The notes under the pieces: model-generated
Database searches by the model: none
What the model saw: only the letters and a program-made list of their open reading frames with translations
What the model was told of the DNA's origin: nothing
Shown here: positions 8,866-20,570 of the stretch, piece after piece
Position numbering within the stretch: the stretch's first letter is position 1
Layout: the number at the start of each line of letters is the position of its first letter
Assembly (NCBI GenBank): GCA_043561795.1
Contig: CP121316.1
Span: forward strand, 754,061 to 818,060
Reading direction: 5' to 3'
Origin: Paracoccaceae bacterium
GTDB taxonomy: Bacteria; Pseudomonadota; Alphaproteobacteria; Rhodobacterales; Rhodobacteraceae
DNA length: 64,000 nt
Translations under genes and position numbers: made by a program

Positions 8866-9564
8866 CTACCCCCCCACAAGCCCTGCCAATTTCACGCGCA
8901 AGGCATCCACCGCCGCGACATAGCCTGCCAATGCCCCTTCTGCCGCCGGCAGTGCGGCCGCAATTTCTGCGGCCAGCACATAGGGTGCAGCCGCAATGCC
9001 CGCCAAGAGCACTGGCACAGCGAACCCCCGCAGAAAGCTGCGCCATGTCGCGGCAGTGGGGGTGGGCTGGCTTGTATTGCCTTCCTCTACCGCATCGGCG
9101 CCAAGGGCACCCGGTGGCGGGCGGAAATCTTCAATATCTGGAAAACTCGCCGGGGTTTGCTTGGCTGTGCTCTCAGGCGGGCTCTCAGGCGGGCTTTCGG
9201 GCGGCAGCTGTGGCGCGGCGCTGGGCCAGGTGGGGGCAATGGTGCCGGATTGCTGGCTGTCTTGTGGTTCCTTGGCTTCGGTAGCGCGCAAGCGGGCCTC
9301 GAACGCGGCTTCTTCGCGCAAAACATCCAGTGCAGCGCCACTGACAGTGCGCGGCGCAGCGCCGGGCGCTGGCGGCGTGTCGGGCCGCGTGTCTGGCGGC
9401 GTGTCTGGCAACGGCGCTTCGGCGGCAACCTCTGGCGCAGGCTTTGGATGCGCCTGAAACCAGATGAAATCGCAAGCAGAGCATTGCACCTCGCGCCCCT
9501 CTGGCGGCAAAAGCATGTCATCCACTTCATAATGTGCTTGGCAACTTGGGCAAATTAAGCGCAT
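8866..9564 (-). CDS. MJ0042-family zinc-ribbon protein with Pro-rich linker and C-terminal TM segment
   Basis: MRLICPSCQAHYEV...VQCSAC...WFQ; PPES x3 and PDT repeats; hydrophobic C-terminus; usual neighbour of ftsE in Rhodobacteraceae. Confidence 0.85.
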   Translation of the reverse strand: MRLICPSCQAHYEVDDMLLPPEGREVQCSACDFIWFQAHPKPAPEVAAEAPLPDTPPDTRPDTPPAPGAAPRTVSGAALDVLREEAAFEARLRATEAKEPQDSQQSGTIAPTWPSAAPQLPPESPPESPPESTAKQTPASFPDIEDFRPPPGALGADAVEEGNTSQPTPTAATWRSFLRGFAVPVLLAGIAAAPYVLAAEIAAALPAAEGALAGYVAAVDALRVKLAGLVGG

Positions 9565-9698
9565 CTAACTGACCTTGATCAAAACCGCATGCCGGGCATT
9601 GGCGCGGCGTTTCTTATGTTGTAGCAAGCACGCAGACGATCTCCAAGTTTATAAACGGTATTTGCAAGGACAGGGATAGAGATGGTCATGGCGAAGGT

Positions 9699-10379
9699 GT
9701 GGCGTTTATGATCGTCTTTGACGGTGTGTCGCATGATTATGGCGGCGGGGCCTTGTTCCGGGATGCTTCGCTCAGGCTGGAGGGGGGCAGTTTCCATTTT
9801 CTGACAGGCCCGTCCGGGGCCGGGAAAAGCACCATTCTGAAACTGTGTTATGGGGAATTGCTGCCAAGTTCGGGCAAGATTACCCTTATGGGCCAAGATC
9901 GAAGCACCATGACGCGCGACCAGTTGGCAGAGGCCCGCCAGCGCATTGGCGTGGTGCATCAGGATTGTCAGTTTCTGGATCACCTCAGCGTGGCACAGAA
10001 TGTGGGCCTGCCCATGACGGCCACAGGGCGGCGCTTGCTGGACGCTGATTTGCGCGATTTGCTGGGCTGGGTTGGGCTGGCCGACAGGGCAGAGGCGCTG
10101 CCCCCCACCCTTTCGGGCGGAGAGCGCCAGCGCGCCGCGCTTGCCCGCGCCGTCATCGCCGCGCCCAGCCTGCTGCTGGCCGATGAACCAACAGGCAATC
10201 TGGATTGGGAAATGTCGCAACGCCTGCTTTTGCTGATGCTGGAATTGAACCGCATGGGCACGGCAGTTCTGATTGCCACGCATGATCTGAACCTGATCCG
10301 CTTTGCCAAGGCCCATGCGAATGCGCGTGTTTTGCGCATATCGGGCCGCAAACTGACACTGGCGGGGGCAGAACTGTGA
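9699..10379 (+). CDS. ftsE: Cell division ABC ATPase FtsE
   Basis: GPSGAGKST Walker A, LSGGERQR signature, LLADEPTGNLD and ATHD; overlaps ftsX. The start may be ATG 9708. Confidence 0.9.
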   Translation: MAFMIVFDGVSHDYGGGALFRDASLRLEGGSFHFLTGPSGAGKSTILKLCYGELLPSSGKITLMGQDRSTMTRDQLAEARQRIGVVHQDCQFLDHLSVAQNVGLPMTATGRRLLDADLRDLLGWVGLADRAEALPPTLSGGERQRAALARAVIAAPSLLLADEPTGNLDWEMSQRLLLLMLELNRMGTAVLIATHDLNLIRFAKAHANARVLRISGRKLTLAGAEL

Positions 10380-11248
10380 GCACAGGCGCGATTTCAGGTC
10401 TGGTTGTGCCGCGGTCGGGCCAAAGCGTGTGGCTGGTCGTATGCAGCGCGGCAGCTATGGCGTTTTTGGCAGTTTTTGTGCTGGCGCTGGCGGCCAGTTC
10501 GGCCCAGCTTGCGCGCGGATGGGAAGCGCAACTGGCGGAAACCGCTACGATACGCATCTCTGCCCCGCCCGAAGAAATGGAGTTGCAAACCGCCCTTGTG
10601 CTGGAAGTGCTGCGCACCACGCCGGGCATTGCCGAGGCCCGCGTGATGGATGCCGCCGAACAGACCGCCTTGCTGGAAGTCTGGCTTGGCCCTGATCTGC
10701 CGCTGGAGACCTTGCCCATGCCCCGGCTGATCGAATTGCGCGAAACCCCGGAAGGGCCAGACCGCCAAGGGCTGCGCCTGCGCCTGAGCGCCGAGGCGCC
10801 GGGCGCCGTTTATGACGATCACACCCGCTGGCGCCGCCCGCTGGTGCAGGCGGCCGCGCGGCTGCAAGGGGTGGCCTTGGTGGCCCTTTTGCTCATCGGC
10901 GGGGTAACATGCGCCATCATCGCGCTGGCCGCCAGCGCCAGCCTTGCATCCAACGGGCAGGTGATAAAGGTGCTGCGGCTGGTTGGCGCGCGGGACAGGT
11001 TTATCGCGGCGGCATTTGTAAAGCGCATATCGCAACTGGCTGTTCTGGGTGCGGCGGGCGGCACGGCGCTGGCCATGGCCGTTCTTTGGGCCTTGCCGGA
11101 ATTGGGCGGGGCCGCGCAACATATGGCGGGGATAGGGTTTGACGGGGCCGGATGGCTCTGGCCATTACTGGTTCCGCCGGTGGCAATGGGGCTTGCATTT
11201 CTCTCCAGCCTTGCTACCGCCTTTCATGTGCTAAGGGGGGTCACATGA
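10376..11248 (+). CDS. ftsX: Cell division permease FtsX
   Basis: N-terminal TM, periplasmic loop and VLRLVGARDRFI motif; GTGA overlap with ftsE. Confidence 0.85.
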   Translation: MSTGAISGLVVPRSGQSVWLVVCSAAAMAFLAVFVLALAASSAQLARGWEAQLAETATIRISAPPEEMELQTALVLEVLRTTPGIAEARVMDAAEQTALLEVWLGPDLPLETLPMPRLIELRETPEGPDRQGLRLRLSAEAPGAVYDDHTRWRRPLVQAAARLQGVALVALLLIGGVTCAIIALAASASLASNGQVIKVLRLVGARDRFIAAAFVKRISQLAVLGAAGGTALAMAVLWALPELGGAAQHMAGIGFDGAGWLWPLLVPPVAMGLAFLSSLATAFHVLRGVT

Positions 11249-11982
11249 TGCGTAACGCCGTGCAATGGGTGCGCTCGCTTGTGTTTATCGGGCAGATGTA
11301 TGTTGCGATGCTGGTGGTGGCGGTGGTGTTTCTGCCCTATGCGATCCTGCGCCGCGATGGGGCCTTGCGGGCAATGCATGTGTATTGCCGCTATGTGCGC
11401 TGGTCGGCCGGCGCAATTGCCGGCCTGCATTCCGAGGTGCGCGGAAACGTGCCGCAAGGCCCGGTTCTGGTGGCGGCGAAGCATCAATCCTTTTTCGATA
11501 TCATCCTGATTTTCGGGGCCTTGCCGCGCCCGCGTTTCATCATGAAAAAGCAGCTTGTCTATGCGCCGATCCTTGGCTGGTATGCGCTGCGCGTGGGCTG
11601 TGTTCCCGTGGATCGCGGCAAGCGCGGGCAGGCCGTGAAAGCAATGGTGGCGCGGGTGAAATCCGGGGCCGAAGCGCCGGGGCAGCTGATCATCTACCCG
11701 CAGGGCACGCGCGTCGCACCGGGGGTGCAAAAGCCCTATAAGGTGGGGGCGGCGGTGCTCTATGATGAACTGGGTCAGGATTGCGTGCCAGTTGCCACCA
11801 ATGTGGGCGTATTCTGGCCCCGCCACAGCCTGTTTCGCAAGCCCGGTCTGGCCGTGGTGGAGTTTTTGGAACCCATCCCCGCCGGTGCGCCCCCGCGCGC
11901 CTTTCTGGCCCAGTTGGAACCGGTGATCGAACAGCGCTCCGAGGCCTTGCGACAGGAAGCCCTGGCGCAGCTTGGCCGCTGA
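11245..11982 (+). CDS. plsC: 1-acyl-sn-glycerol-3-phosphate acyltransferase (PlsC family)
   Basis: KHQSFFD (HxxxxD) and YPQGTR motifs; ATGA overlap with the ftsX stop. Confidence 0.85.
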   Translation: MMRNAVQWVRSLVFIGQMYVAMLVVAVVFLPYAILRRDGALRAMHVYCRYVRWSAGAIAGLHSEVRGNVPQGPVLVAAKHQSFFDIILIFGALPRPRFIMKKQLVYAPILGWYALRVGCVPVDRGKRGQAVKAMVARVKSGAEAPGQLIIYPQGTRVAPGVQKPYKVGAAVLYDELGQDCVPVATNVGVFWPRHSLFRKPGLAVVEFLEPIPAGAPPRAFLAQLEPVIEQRSEALRQEALAQLGR

Positions 11983-12048
11983 AATGCTTTTCTCAGGCGC
12001 GGCACTGTGCCATCACAGGACAAACCCATCTGAAAGGCGCGTATCCGC

Positions 12049-12495
12049 ATGCCCATGATCCATATTCTGAACGGCCCCAATCTGAACCTTCTGGGCCATC
12101 GCCAGCCCGAAATCTACGGGCGTGATACGCTGGAAGATATCGCCCGCGCGGCCCAAGCGCTAGGGCAGGATCTGGGGCTGGAGGTGCTGTGCCACCAATC
12201 CAACCATGAAGGCGCAATTGTCGAGATGATCCACGAGGCGCGCGCCACTGCGCAAGGCATCATCATCAACCCCGCCGCCTATAGCCATACATCAGTGGCG
12301 ATTCTGGATGCGCTGAACACATTTGATGGCCCTGTGATAGAGGTGCATATCTCCAACATCCACAAGCGCGAAAGCTTTCGCCATCATTCCTATGTCAGCG
12401 CGCGCGCCAATGGTGTGATTGCGGGCTGCGGCACCGAAGGGTATCTGCTGGCGCTGCGCCATATCGCCAGCCTTTTGCGCACAGGCGCGGCCTAA
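12049..12495 (+). CDS. aroQ: Type II 3-dehydroquinate dehydratase
   Basis: [26 protein letters not shown] and [14 protein letters not shown] motifs. Confidence 0.96.
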   Translation: MPMIHILNGPNLNLLGHRQPEIYGRDTLEDIARAAQALGQDLGLEVLCHQSNHEGAIVEMIHEARATAQGIIINPAAYSHTSVAILDALNTFDGPVIEVHISNIHKRESFRHHSYVSARANGVIAGCGTEGYLLALRHIASLLRTGAA

Positions 12496-12628
12496 GACCT
12501 ATAGGGGGGGCCAAATCCGCGCCGCGCTGCCCTATACTGCAAACGGGGAGTCAGACGGCAACAAACGGGCCTTGTCCATGCGCGAGACGATGATCACCAT
12601 GAAAGCTGTCACCAGAGAGAGGGACGAC

Positions 12629-13285
12629 ATGATATTGGTGATAGATGACCACCCGCTTTTTTGTGAAGCCCTGCAAATGACCCTCTCGGATGCGCTGGGG
12701 CTGGCACAGGTGGAAACCGCAAGCTCTCTTGGGGCGGGGCTGGCGGCATTGCGCGGCGGCTTGCAGGCCGATACGATCATTCTGGATCTTAACCTGCCCG
12801 ATGTGGCGGGGCTGGATGGGCTGACGCGGCTGCGCAATGCCGCGCCGGGCGTGCCTGTGATTGTGGTCTCCTCCATGGCAGAGGAACGCATCATTACCGC
12901 CGTTTTGCACGCGGGCGCGGCAGGGTTTGTGCCCAAACACAGCCCGCGAGAGGCCTTTGTCGAGGCCATTCGCGCCGTGGCGCAGGGCGGAACCTATCTG
13001 CCCCAGGGCTATAGCGCCCCCTCGCGCGCGGATGATGACGCCGCCACGCTGGCCGGGCGCAGCGCGGTAGAGCGTCTGGCAGAACTGACCCCGCAACAGG
13101 GCCGCATTCTGGCGCTGGTCTGCGAAGGCTATCTGAACAAGCAAATCGCCTATGAATTGTCGATCAGCGAAACCACAGTGAAGGCACATGTCACGGCGAT
13201 CTTGCGCAAACTGGGCGCGCAAAGCCGCACACAGGCCGTGCGCATTGCCAATTCCGCCAGCTTCGCGCAGATATTGCGCGAGTAG
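12629..13285 (+). CDS. NarL/LuxR-family response regulator (REC + HTH)
   Basis: IDDHPL...LDLNLPD...FVPK receiver domain; LTPQQ...NKQIAYELSISETTVKAHVTAIL LuxR HTH; GAGGGA RBS. Confidence 0.92.
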   Translation: MILVIDDHPLFCEALQMTLSDALGLAQVETASSLGAGLAALRGGLQADTIILDLNLPDVAGLDGLTRLRNAAPGVPVIVVSSMAEERIITAVLHAGAAGFVPKHSPREAFVEAIRAVAQGGTYLPQGYSAPSRADDDAATLAGRSAVERLAELTPQQGRILALVCEGYLNKQIAYELSISETTVKAHVTAILRKLGAQSRTQAVRIANSASFAQILRE

Positions 13286-13448
13286 ATTTCGCCATCCTGA
13301 CGGGGTGCAAGGCCCCAAACCAAAACACGCCGCGACCACCACACAAAGCGCGGAGATTGCCCCCATGCCGCGCAAACCCTTTGCGCATGCCTGCCCTCCT
13401 GCGCTAGGTTTTGGCAATGCACCGCAAAGGGCCAGCGGGAGGGGCTTG

Positions 13449-14651
13449 ATGCAACAGCCAGACGCCTTTATCCGGCGCGCGCAATCAGCGCAGCCCGACA
13501 CAGCGCGCGCCATTGCAGAAATTCTGGCGCAGCTTCCTGCACCGGAAATGGCGCTTGTGATCCTGTTTGTGGGCGAGGGGCATGATCTTTCCATTCTGGA
13601 AACCAGCCTTGCGCCGCTTGCGCAAACCACCCGGATCATCGGCTGCACCACTGCCGGAGAGATTGGCGCAGGCGGCTATCTGGAAGGGCATCTTGTTGCC
13701 CTTGGCCTGCCGCGCAGCCTGTTTCGCGTGGCCACCGGGTATCTGGGAGATTTGCGCAATTTTGACCCCGAACGCGCCCGCGATCTGGCCTTTGAACTGC
13801 GCGCAGAGGTGACATTTTCCACCGCCGATTGGGCCAATGAAGTGGCCTTCCTGCTGTCTGACGGGCTGTCGCTGCGCGAAGATCAGCTTGTCTGGGCCTT
13901 GTCCGAAGCACTGGGCCAAAGCCCGCTTGTGGGCGGATCGGCAGGCGATGGCTTGCGCTTTGGCCAGACATTCGTGCTGCATGGCGCGCGGTTCATGACC
14001 GATGCCGCCGTTCTGGCCGTGCTGCGCACCCCCTGCCGGGTGACGGCATTCCGCTTTGATCACCTTATGCCCACCCAACAGCGCATGGTGGTGACAGATG
14101 CCGACCCCGCGCACCGGCTGGTGCGCGCGATCAATGGCATGCCCGCAGGGCGGGAATATGCGCGCATTCTGGGCAAAGACCCGCAACATCTGTCACCCTT
14201 CATCTTTGCGGCAAATCCTGTGGTTTCCAAAATCGGCGATACCCACCATGTTCTTGCCATTCAGCGGGTGGAACCCGATGGCACCTTGCGCTTCTTTTCC
14301 GCCATAGAAACCGGGCTTGTGCTGCGACTGGCCGAAAGCCGCGATCTGGTGGCCCATCTGGAAAGCGAATTGGCGCGCCTGCGCGCCGATGGGGCCACAC
14401 CGGCAATTCTGGCCTGCGATTGCATCCTGCGCCGGCTGGAGGCCGAGAATAGCCAAAGCCGCCACCGCATTTCCGCTGTGCTGGATCGGCACGGGGTAAC
14501 GGGGTTCAATACCTATGGCGAGCAGTTCAACCTTGTGCATGTTAACCAGACCTTCACGGGCCTTGCCTTCTACCCGCCCGAAGAAGATGCCGAAGGGCTG
14601 GATATCTCTGGCTTTCTGGCCAGTGCGGCAGAGGCGCGCGCAGATGGTTGA
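13449..14651 (+). CDS. FIST_N/FIST_C sensor protein (NosP-like)
   Basis: IIGCTTAGEI, LVGGSAGDG, CDCILRRLE and GFNTYGEQF.VHVNQTFTG motifs characteristic of FIST proteins. Confidence 0.9.
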   Translation: MQQPDAFIRRAQSAQPDTARAIAEILAQLPAPEMALVILFVGEGHDLSILETSLAPLAQTTRIIGCTTAGEIGAGGYLEGHLVALGLPRSLFRVATGYLGDLRNFDPERARDLAFELRAEVTFSTADWANEVAFLLSDGLSLREDQLVWALSEALGQSPLVGGSAGDGLRFGQTFVLHGARFMTDAAVLAVLRTPCRVTAFRFDHLMPTQQRMVVTDADPAHRLVRAINGMPAGREYARILGKDPQHLSPFIFAANPVVSKIGDTHHVLAIQRVEPDGTLRFFSAIETGLVLRLAESRDLVAHLESELARLRADGATPAILACDCILRRLEAENSQSRHRISAVLDRHGVTGFNTYGEQFNLVHVNQTFTGLAFYPPEEDAEGLDISGFLASAAEARADG

Positions 14652-16911
14652 TTCGATCCTGACTGCCGGCCTGTCGCTGGAAGAGGAAAACGCGCGGCTG
14701 CGTGCCATTGTCACCGCGCTGATAGAGCGATCAGAACGCGCGGCCCAAGGCCCCAACCGCCCGGTGGGCCAGCTGAACCATGTGGTTGCGCTGGAACAGC
14801 AAATCCGCACCCGCACCCGCGATCTGGCCGAAACGCTGGACAGGTTGCGCGTGGCCAATGCGCGCCTGTCACAGGCCGAACGCGCCGCCGTGCGCGCGCG
14901 CAACAGCCTTGCCGATGCGTTGGAGGCCATGGGCGAGGGCTTTGCCATGTTCGATGCCAGTGATACCCTGACAATGTGCAATTCCCGCTTCTGCGCCGAT
15001 CTGCCCGATGTGCGCCACCGGATCGGGCCGGGGCTAAGCTTTCGCGATTATGTGCGCATCGTATCGGAAAGCCCGGCGCTGAACCTACCCGATGCCATGG
15101 CCCGCGCCGAATGGGTGCGCAACCGTCTGGAAAGCCACCGCAGGCGCGATGTGAATTTCATGGTGCCGCTGGTGGATGACCAGTGGTTGCAGGTCAGCGA
15201 ACAGCGCATGGTCTCGGGTGGCACGGCTGTCACGCAAACAGATGTGACAGGCATGGTGCGCACCGAACGCGAGGAACGCGCAAAACTGTTGGATGAACAG
15301 GCGCAGATGGTGCGCGCCACGCTGGATCACATGGATCAGGGCGTGCTTATCTTTGATGCCAAAGCGCGCCTTGCGGGCTGGAACCGGCGCTTGCGCGAAT
15401 TATTCTCGCCGCCGGTTGATCTGCTGGCAACGGGCACGCCCTTTGCCGCCCTTCTGAACAATCTGATGCGGCGGCGGCAATTGGGGCGCGGCAATATCCG
15501 CGCCGTTCTGACAGATTGGGTAAACGGCCCGCCCCATCGCCCGCCCCTGACATTGGAAATTGTGCAGGATGAAGGCGCAGTGCTGGAACTTTCGGCGCAG
15601 GCCATGCCGGATTCCGGCTTTGTGATCTCTTTCACCGATCTGACAAAGGAACGCCGCGCCATTGCCGAAATGCACCGCCTGAACGAGACATTGGAAGCAC
15701 GCGTGCGCGCCCGCACGATAGAACTGGAATCCGCCCGCGATGCCGCAGAGCGGGCCAATGCCTCGAAATCGCGGTTTGTGGCTTCGGCCAGTCATGATCT
15801 GTTGCAACCGTTGAACGCGGCCAAGCTGTTTCTGGCCTCGCTGCGCGCGATGGATCAGCCCCCCGCCCAAGCCCGCCTGACAGAGCGGATTGTCAGCGCC
15901 TTCGGCTCTGTCGAGCAGATTCTGGGCGCGCTTCTGGATATCTCGAAATTCGATATCGGCGCGGCGCGGGCGAAACCCGAAACCATCGCACTTGATCCCT
16001 TGCTGGACAGGCTGCGCGAGGAATTTGCCCCCATTGCCCAAAAGCAGGGGCTGGAATTGCGCGTCCTGCCCTGCCGCGCGCATGTGGTGACAGACCCGGT
16101 TTATCTGAAGCGCATCTTGCAAAACCTGCTGTCCAATGCGCTGCGCTACACGCGCAAGGGGCGGGTTTTGCTGGGGGCGCGGGCCAGTGGCGGGGCGGTG
16201 CGGCTGGAAATATGGGATACCGGCCCCGGCATACCCGAAGATAAACAGGCAGAAATTTTTCAGGAATTCACGCGGCTTGATCCCGTGGGGCAAGATGGGG
16301 GCATGGGGCTGGGGCTGGCTATTGTGGAACAGGCTTGCGCGCTGCTCAATCATCCGCTGGCGCTGCGCTCGGAGCTGGGGCGCGGCACGATGTTCAGCGT
16401 CACTGTGCCGCGCGCGCAGCATATCCCGCTTTTGCCCGCCCCCACCCCGCCACGCGAACCGCGCGGCCCGCTGGAGGAAATGCTGGTGCTGGTGGTGGAA
16501 AATGACGCCAATGTGCGCCGCGCCATGATGGGGGTGCTGGAAGATTGGGGCACAAGCCCGATAGAGGCCGCCACCCTGGCCGAGGCAGAGGCCCAGATCG
16601 CAGAACTTGGCGTGCCACCCGATGTGATTTTGGCCGATTACCAGTTGGATGGCGGCGAAACCGGGCTTGCCCTTATCGCCGCGCTGCGCGCGCGGCACGG
16701 GCCTGTGCCTGCGGTTTTGATTACCGCCAATCACAGCCCCGATCTGATACAGACAACAGAAGAGCAGGCGATATTGCTGATGACAAAACCGCTTGCGCTG
16801 CGGCGCTTGCGGCGGGTGTTGCAGCAGATGCCGCTTTATATGGACGCCCGCGCAGGCATGCAAACCGCACGGCGCGGCGACCACAGCTATTGGATTTTGC
16901 CAGAGGGCTAG
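14644..16911 (+). CDS. PAS-containing hybrid histidine kinase/receiver (NahK-like)
   Basis: N-terminal coiled coil (EEENARLRAI), two PAS-like segments, ASHDLLQPL H-box, QNLLSNA, DTGPGI, GLGLAIV and a C-terminal REC domain; overlaps the FIST gene by 8 bp. Confidence 0.9.
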   Translation: MVDSILTAGLSLEEENARLRAIVTALIERSERAAQGPNRPVGQLNHVVALEQQIRTRTRDLAETLDRLRVANARLSQAERAAVRARNSLADALEAMGEGFAMFDASDTLTMCNSRFCADLPDVRHRIGPGLSFRDYVRIVSESPALNLPDAMARAEWVRNRLESHRRRDVNFMVPLVDDQWLQVSEQRMVSGGTAVTQTDVTGMVRTEREERAKLLDEQAQMVRATLDHMDQGVLIFDAKARLAGWNRRLRELFSPPVDLLATGTPFAALLNNLMRRRQLGRGNIRAVLTDWVNGPPHRPPLTLEIVQDEGAVLELSAQAMPDSGFVISFTDLTKERRAIAEMHRLNETLEARVRARTIELESARDAAERANASKSRFVASASHDLLQPLNAAKLFLASLRAMDQPPAQARLTERIVSAFGSVEQILGALLDISKFDIGAARAKPETIALDPLLDRLREEFAPIAQKQGLELRVLPCRAHVVTDPVYLKRILQNLLSNALRYTRKGRVLLGARASGGAVRLEIWDTGPGIPEDKQAEIFQEFTRLDPVGQDGGMGLGLAIVEQACALLNHPLALRSELGRGTMFSVTVPRAQHIPLLPAPTPPREPRGPLEEMLVLVVENDANVRRAMMGVLEDWGTSPIEAATLAEAEAQIAELGVPPDVILADYQLDGGETGLALIAALRARHGPVPAVLITANHSPDLIQTTEEQAILLMTKPLALRRLRRVLQQMPLYMDARAGMQTARRGDHSYWILPEG

Positions 16912-17058
16912 AAAAGCGCGCAGCCCCTGATAATGCGCCAAACCACGCAGCCTTTCGGAGCACCCTTTCAGACGGAGCAAGCTTTTGCCCGCTGCCGAAG
17001 GCTGGAAACTGTCATCAGCACAGGCTATAGCAGGCGCAAACCCGCCCATAACATATAG

Positions 17059-18342
<1,284 letters not shown>

Positions 18343-18352
18343 AACCTTGCAT

Positions 18353-18374
18353 AGGGTGCGCCCCGGCGCACCCT
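18353..18374. terminator. GC-rich hairpin between convergent eno and pheT
   Basis: AGGGTGCG-ccccgg-CGCACCCT; no U-tract; could be a terminator or a REP-like unit. Confidence 0.45.
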
Positions 18375-18387
18375 GCCGCCCTTGCCT

Positions 18388-20469
18388 TTAGCCCGCGCGC
18401 AATGTGCCGCCTGTGGCTTTTTCCACCTTCTCCACAATCTTGCGGCTGATTGCGTCCAGCTCTTCCTCTGTCAAGCTGCGCTCGACCGGTTGCAGCCGCA
18501 CCGAAATGGCCACGGATTTGCGCCCGTCGCCAAATTGCGCCGCAGCCTTTGGCCCGGTGAATTCATCAAATACCTGCACGCCAGCAATCAGCGCCTTGTC
18601 GGCCCCGGCGGCGGCATTGACGATGTTCAGCGCCTCTACCTGCGCATCCAGAATGAAGGCGAAATCACGCTCCACGCTTTGCAGCGCGCTTGTTATCAGC
18701 GGCTGGCGCGTGGTTTTGCGCGCCTTGGGATAGGGCGGGTTTTCCACAAACACGCTAAAGCCCACAACCGGGCCTTTCAGATCATAGGCTTTGATGATCT
18801 TGGGATGCAATTCGCCAAATACTGCCAGCGGCAATTTCGGGCCAAGGCTGATCACCCCTGCCCGCCCCGGATGAAACCAGCCCGGCAAATTGCGCGTGAT
18901 CTGGAATTTTGCAGGCGCGCCAATGGCGGCAAGCACCGCCTCTGCATCGGCTTTGGCATCATAGAGATCAACCGCGCGGCGGCTGGCGTAAGGATCGCGC
19001 GGCGCAGTTGCGCCCACCAATATCCCTGCGGCCTGTATATGCTGCTCTCCCGGCTCTCCGCCGGCAAAGGCGGGGCCAACCTCGAACAGGGCCAGATCGG
19101 CACTGCCACGCGCCTGATTGCGCGCGGCCGCCTGCAACAGGCCCGGCAACAGATCGGGGCGCATATGCGTCATTTCCGATGAAATCGGGTTTTCCAGCCG
19201 CAACGCATCCTGCCCGCCGCCAAAGGCTGTGGCAGAGGCCGCATCTATAAAGCTGTAGCTGACGCATTCATTATAGCCCAGGCCCGCCAGCATCCGCCGC
19301 GCCGCGCGTTCGCGCGTTTGCAGCGGTGTCAGGATCGGGCGGGCAACGCCGGGCATGGGCCGCGCCAGGGGCTTGCCTTCCAGCTTGGTCAGGGACGCAA
19401 TGCGCGCGATTTCTTCTACCAGATCGGCCTCTCCCAGAATATCGGGGCGCCAGCTGGGGGGCTGGGCCTGATCGCCTGTCAGGGCAAAGCCCAAAGCCTC
19501 CAGCGTGGCGCGCTGCGCGGCCTCTGGAACATCCATGCCCACCAGCGCGCGGGTGCGCAGCGGATCAAAGCGGTAGCTGCGCGCGGTATCGGGGATTGCG
19601 CCATCCAGCGCGATATCAGACACCTCGCCGCCGCAGAGTTCCACCACCATGCGCGCGGCCATGTCCAGCTAGGTGAAGAAATTGGTGATATCCACGAGGG
19701 CCGAGATCGGACGCAGCCCAATGGCGCGCAACCGTTTTTGCAACCAATCGGGCGAGGGGCCATTTTTCACCCCCCGGATCACGCGGCCTGCGAAAATGGG
19801 GCAGCCCTTTTCTTTCAGCTCTGGCGCGATGGTCACGCTTATGGGGCACGGGAAACTGCCCTGCACCTGCGCTGCGGCCAAGGGCTTGAGCACGCCCAAG
19901 CCCCGCGCGGCCAGATCGCGCGCAATACCGCGCACGCCCAGCGCATCGGGGCGGTTGGGGGTGATGGCAATTTCGATCACAGGGTCATTAAGCCCCGCGT
20001 AATCGATAAAGCGCATGCCCAAAGGCGCATCATCTGGCAGATCAATAATGCCGTCATGGGCGTCTGACAGCATCAACTCACGCTCGGAGCACAGCATCCC
20101 GTTGCTGGCCTGCCCCCGAATGACACCGGGTTTCAGATCTACCCCGGTGCCGGGAACATGCGTGCCCACGGGCGCGAATACGGCGCGCATGCCCGTGCGG
20201 GCATTGGGTGCGCCGCAGACGACCTGCACCTCTTGGGGCGCGCTGTCGGGGCCGTTGGGCCATGTTTCCACCCGGCACAGGCGCAGGCGGTCTGCGTCGG
20301 GGTGCTGGGCGGCCTCTATCACGCGGGCAATGCGAAACGCGCCCAGAGTTTGAGCGGGATCGCTTACCTCTTCCACCTCCAGCCCCAGATCGGTCAGCGC
20401 CTCTGCGATCTGTTCCAGCGTGGCCTCGGTTTCCAGATGATCCCGTAGCCAGGACAGCGTGAATTTCAT
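18388..20469 (-). pseudogene. pheT: Phenylalanyl-tRNA synthetase beta subunit, interrupted by an in-frame TAG (19671-19669) at an apparent internal deletion
   Basis: MKFTLSWL...TPNRPD...[31 protein letters not shown]...WRPD...ERDFAF in one frame; 693 codon positions versus ~800 aa typical for the family. Confidence 0.9.
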
Positions 20470-20570
20470 GTCATTTCCCCGAATTCGTCTGACTCTGCCG
20501 TGGCGGGCGGCCCGGCCCGAATTTCAGCCCGGCACAGGGCCACCCGCCTTTGCACTGCTATCGCCTACCC

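Noticed and set aside
9165-9205. Short tandem repeats in coding regions (PPES x3 here; the 12-bp SPAP repeats near 32775-32805)
   Set aside because: These are in-frame low-complexity linker repeats, common in such proteins.
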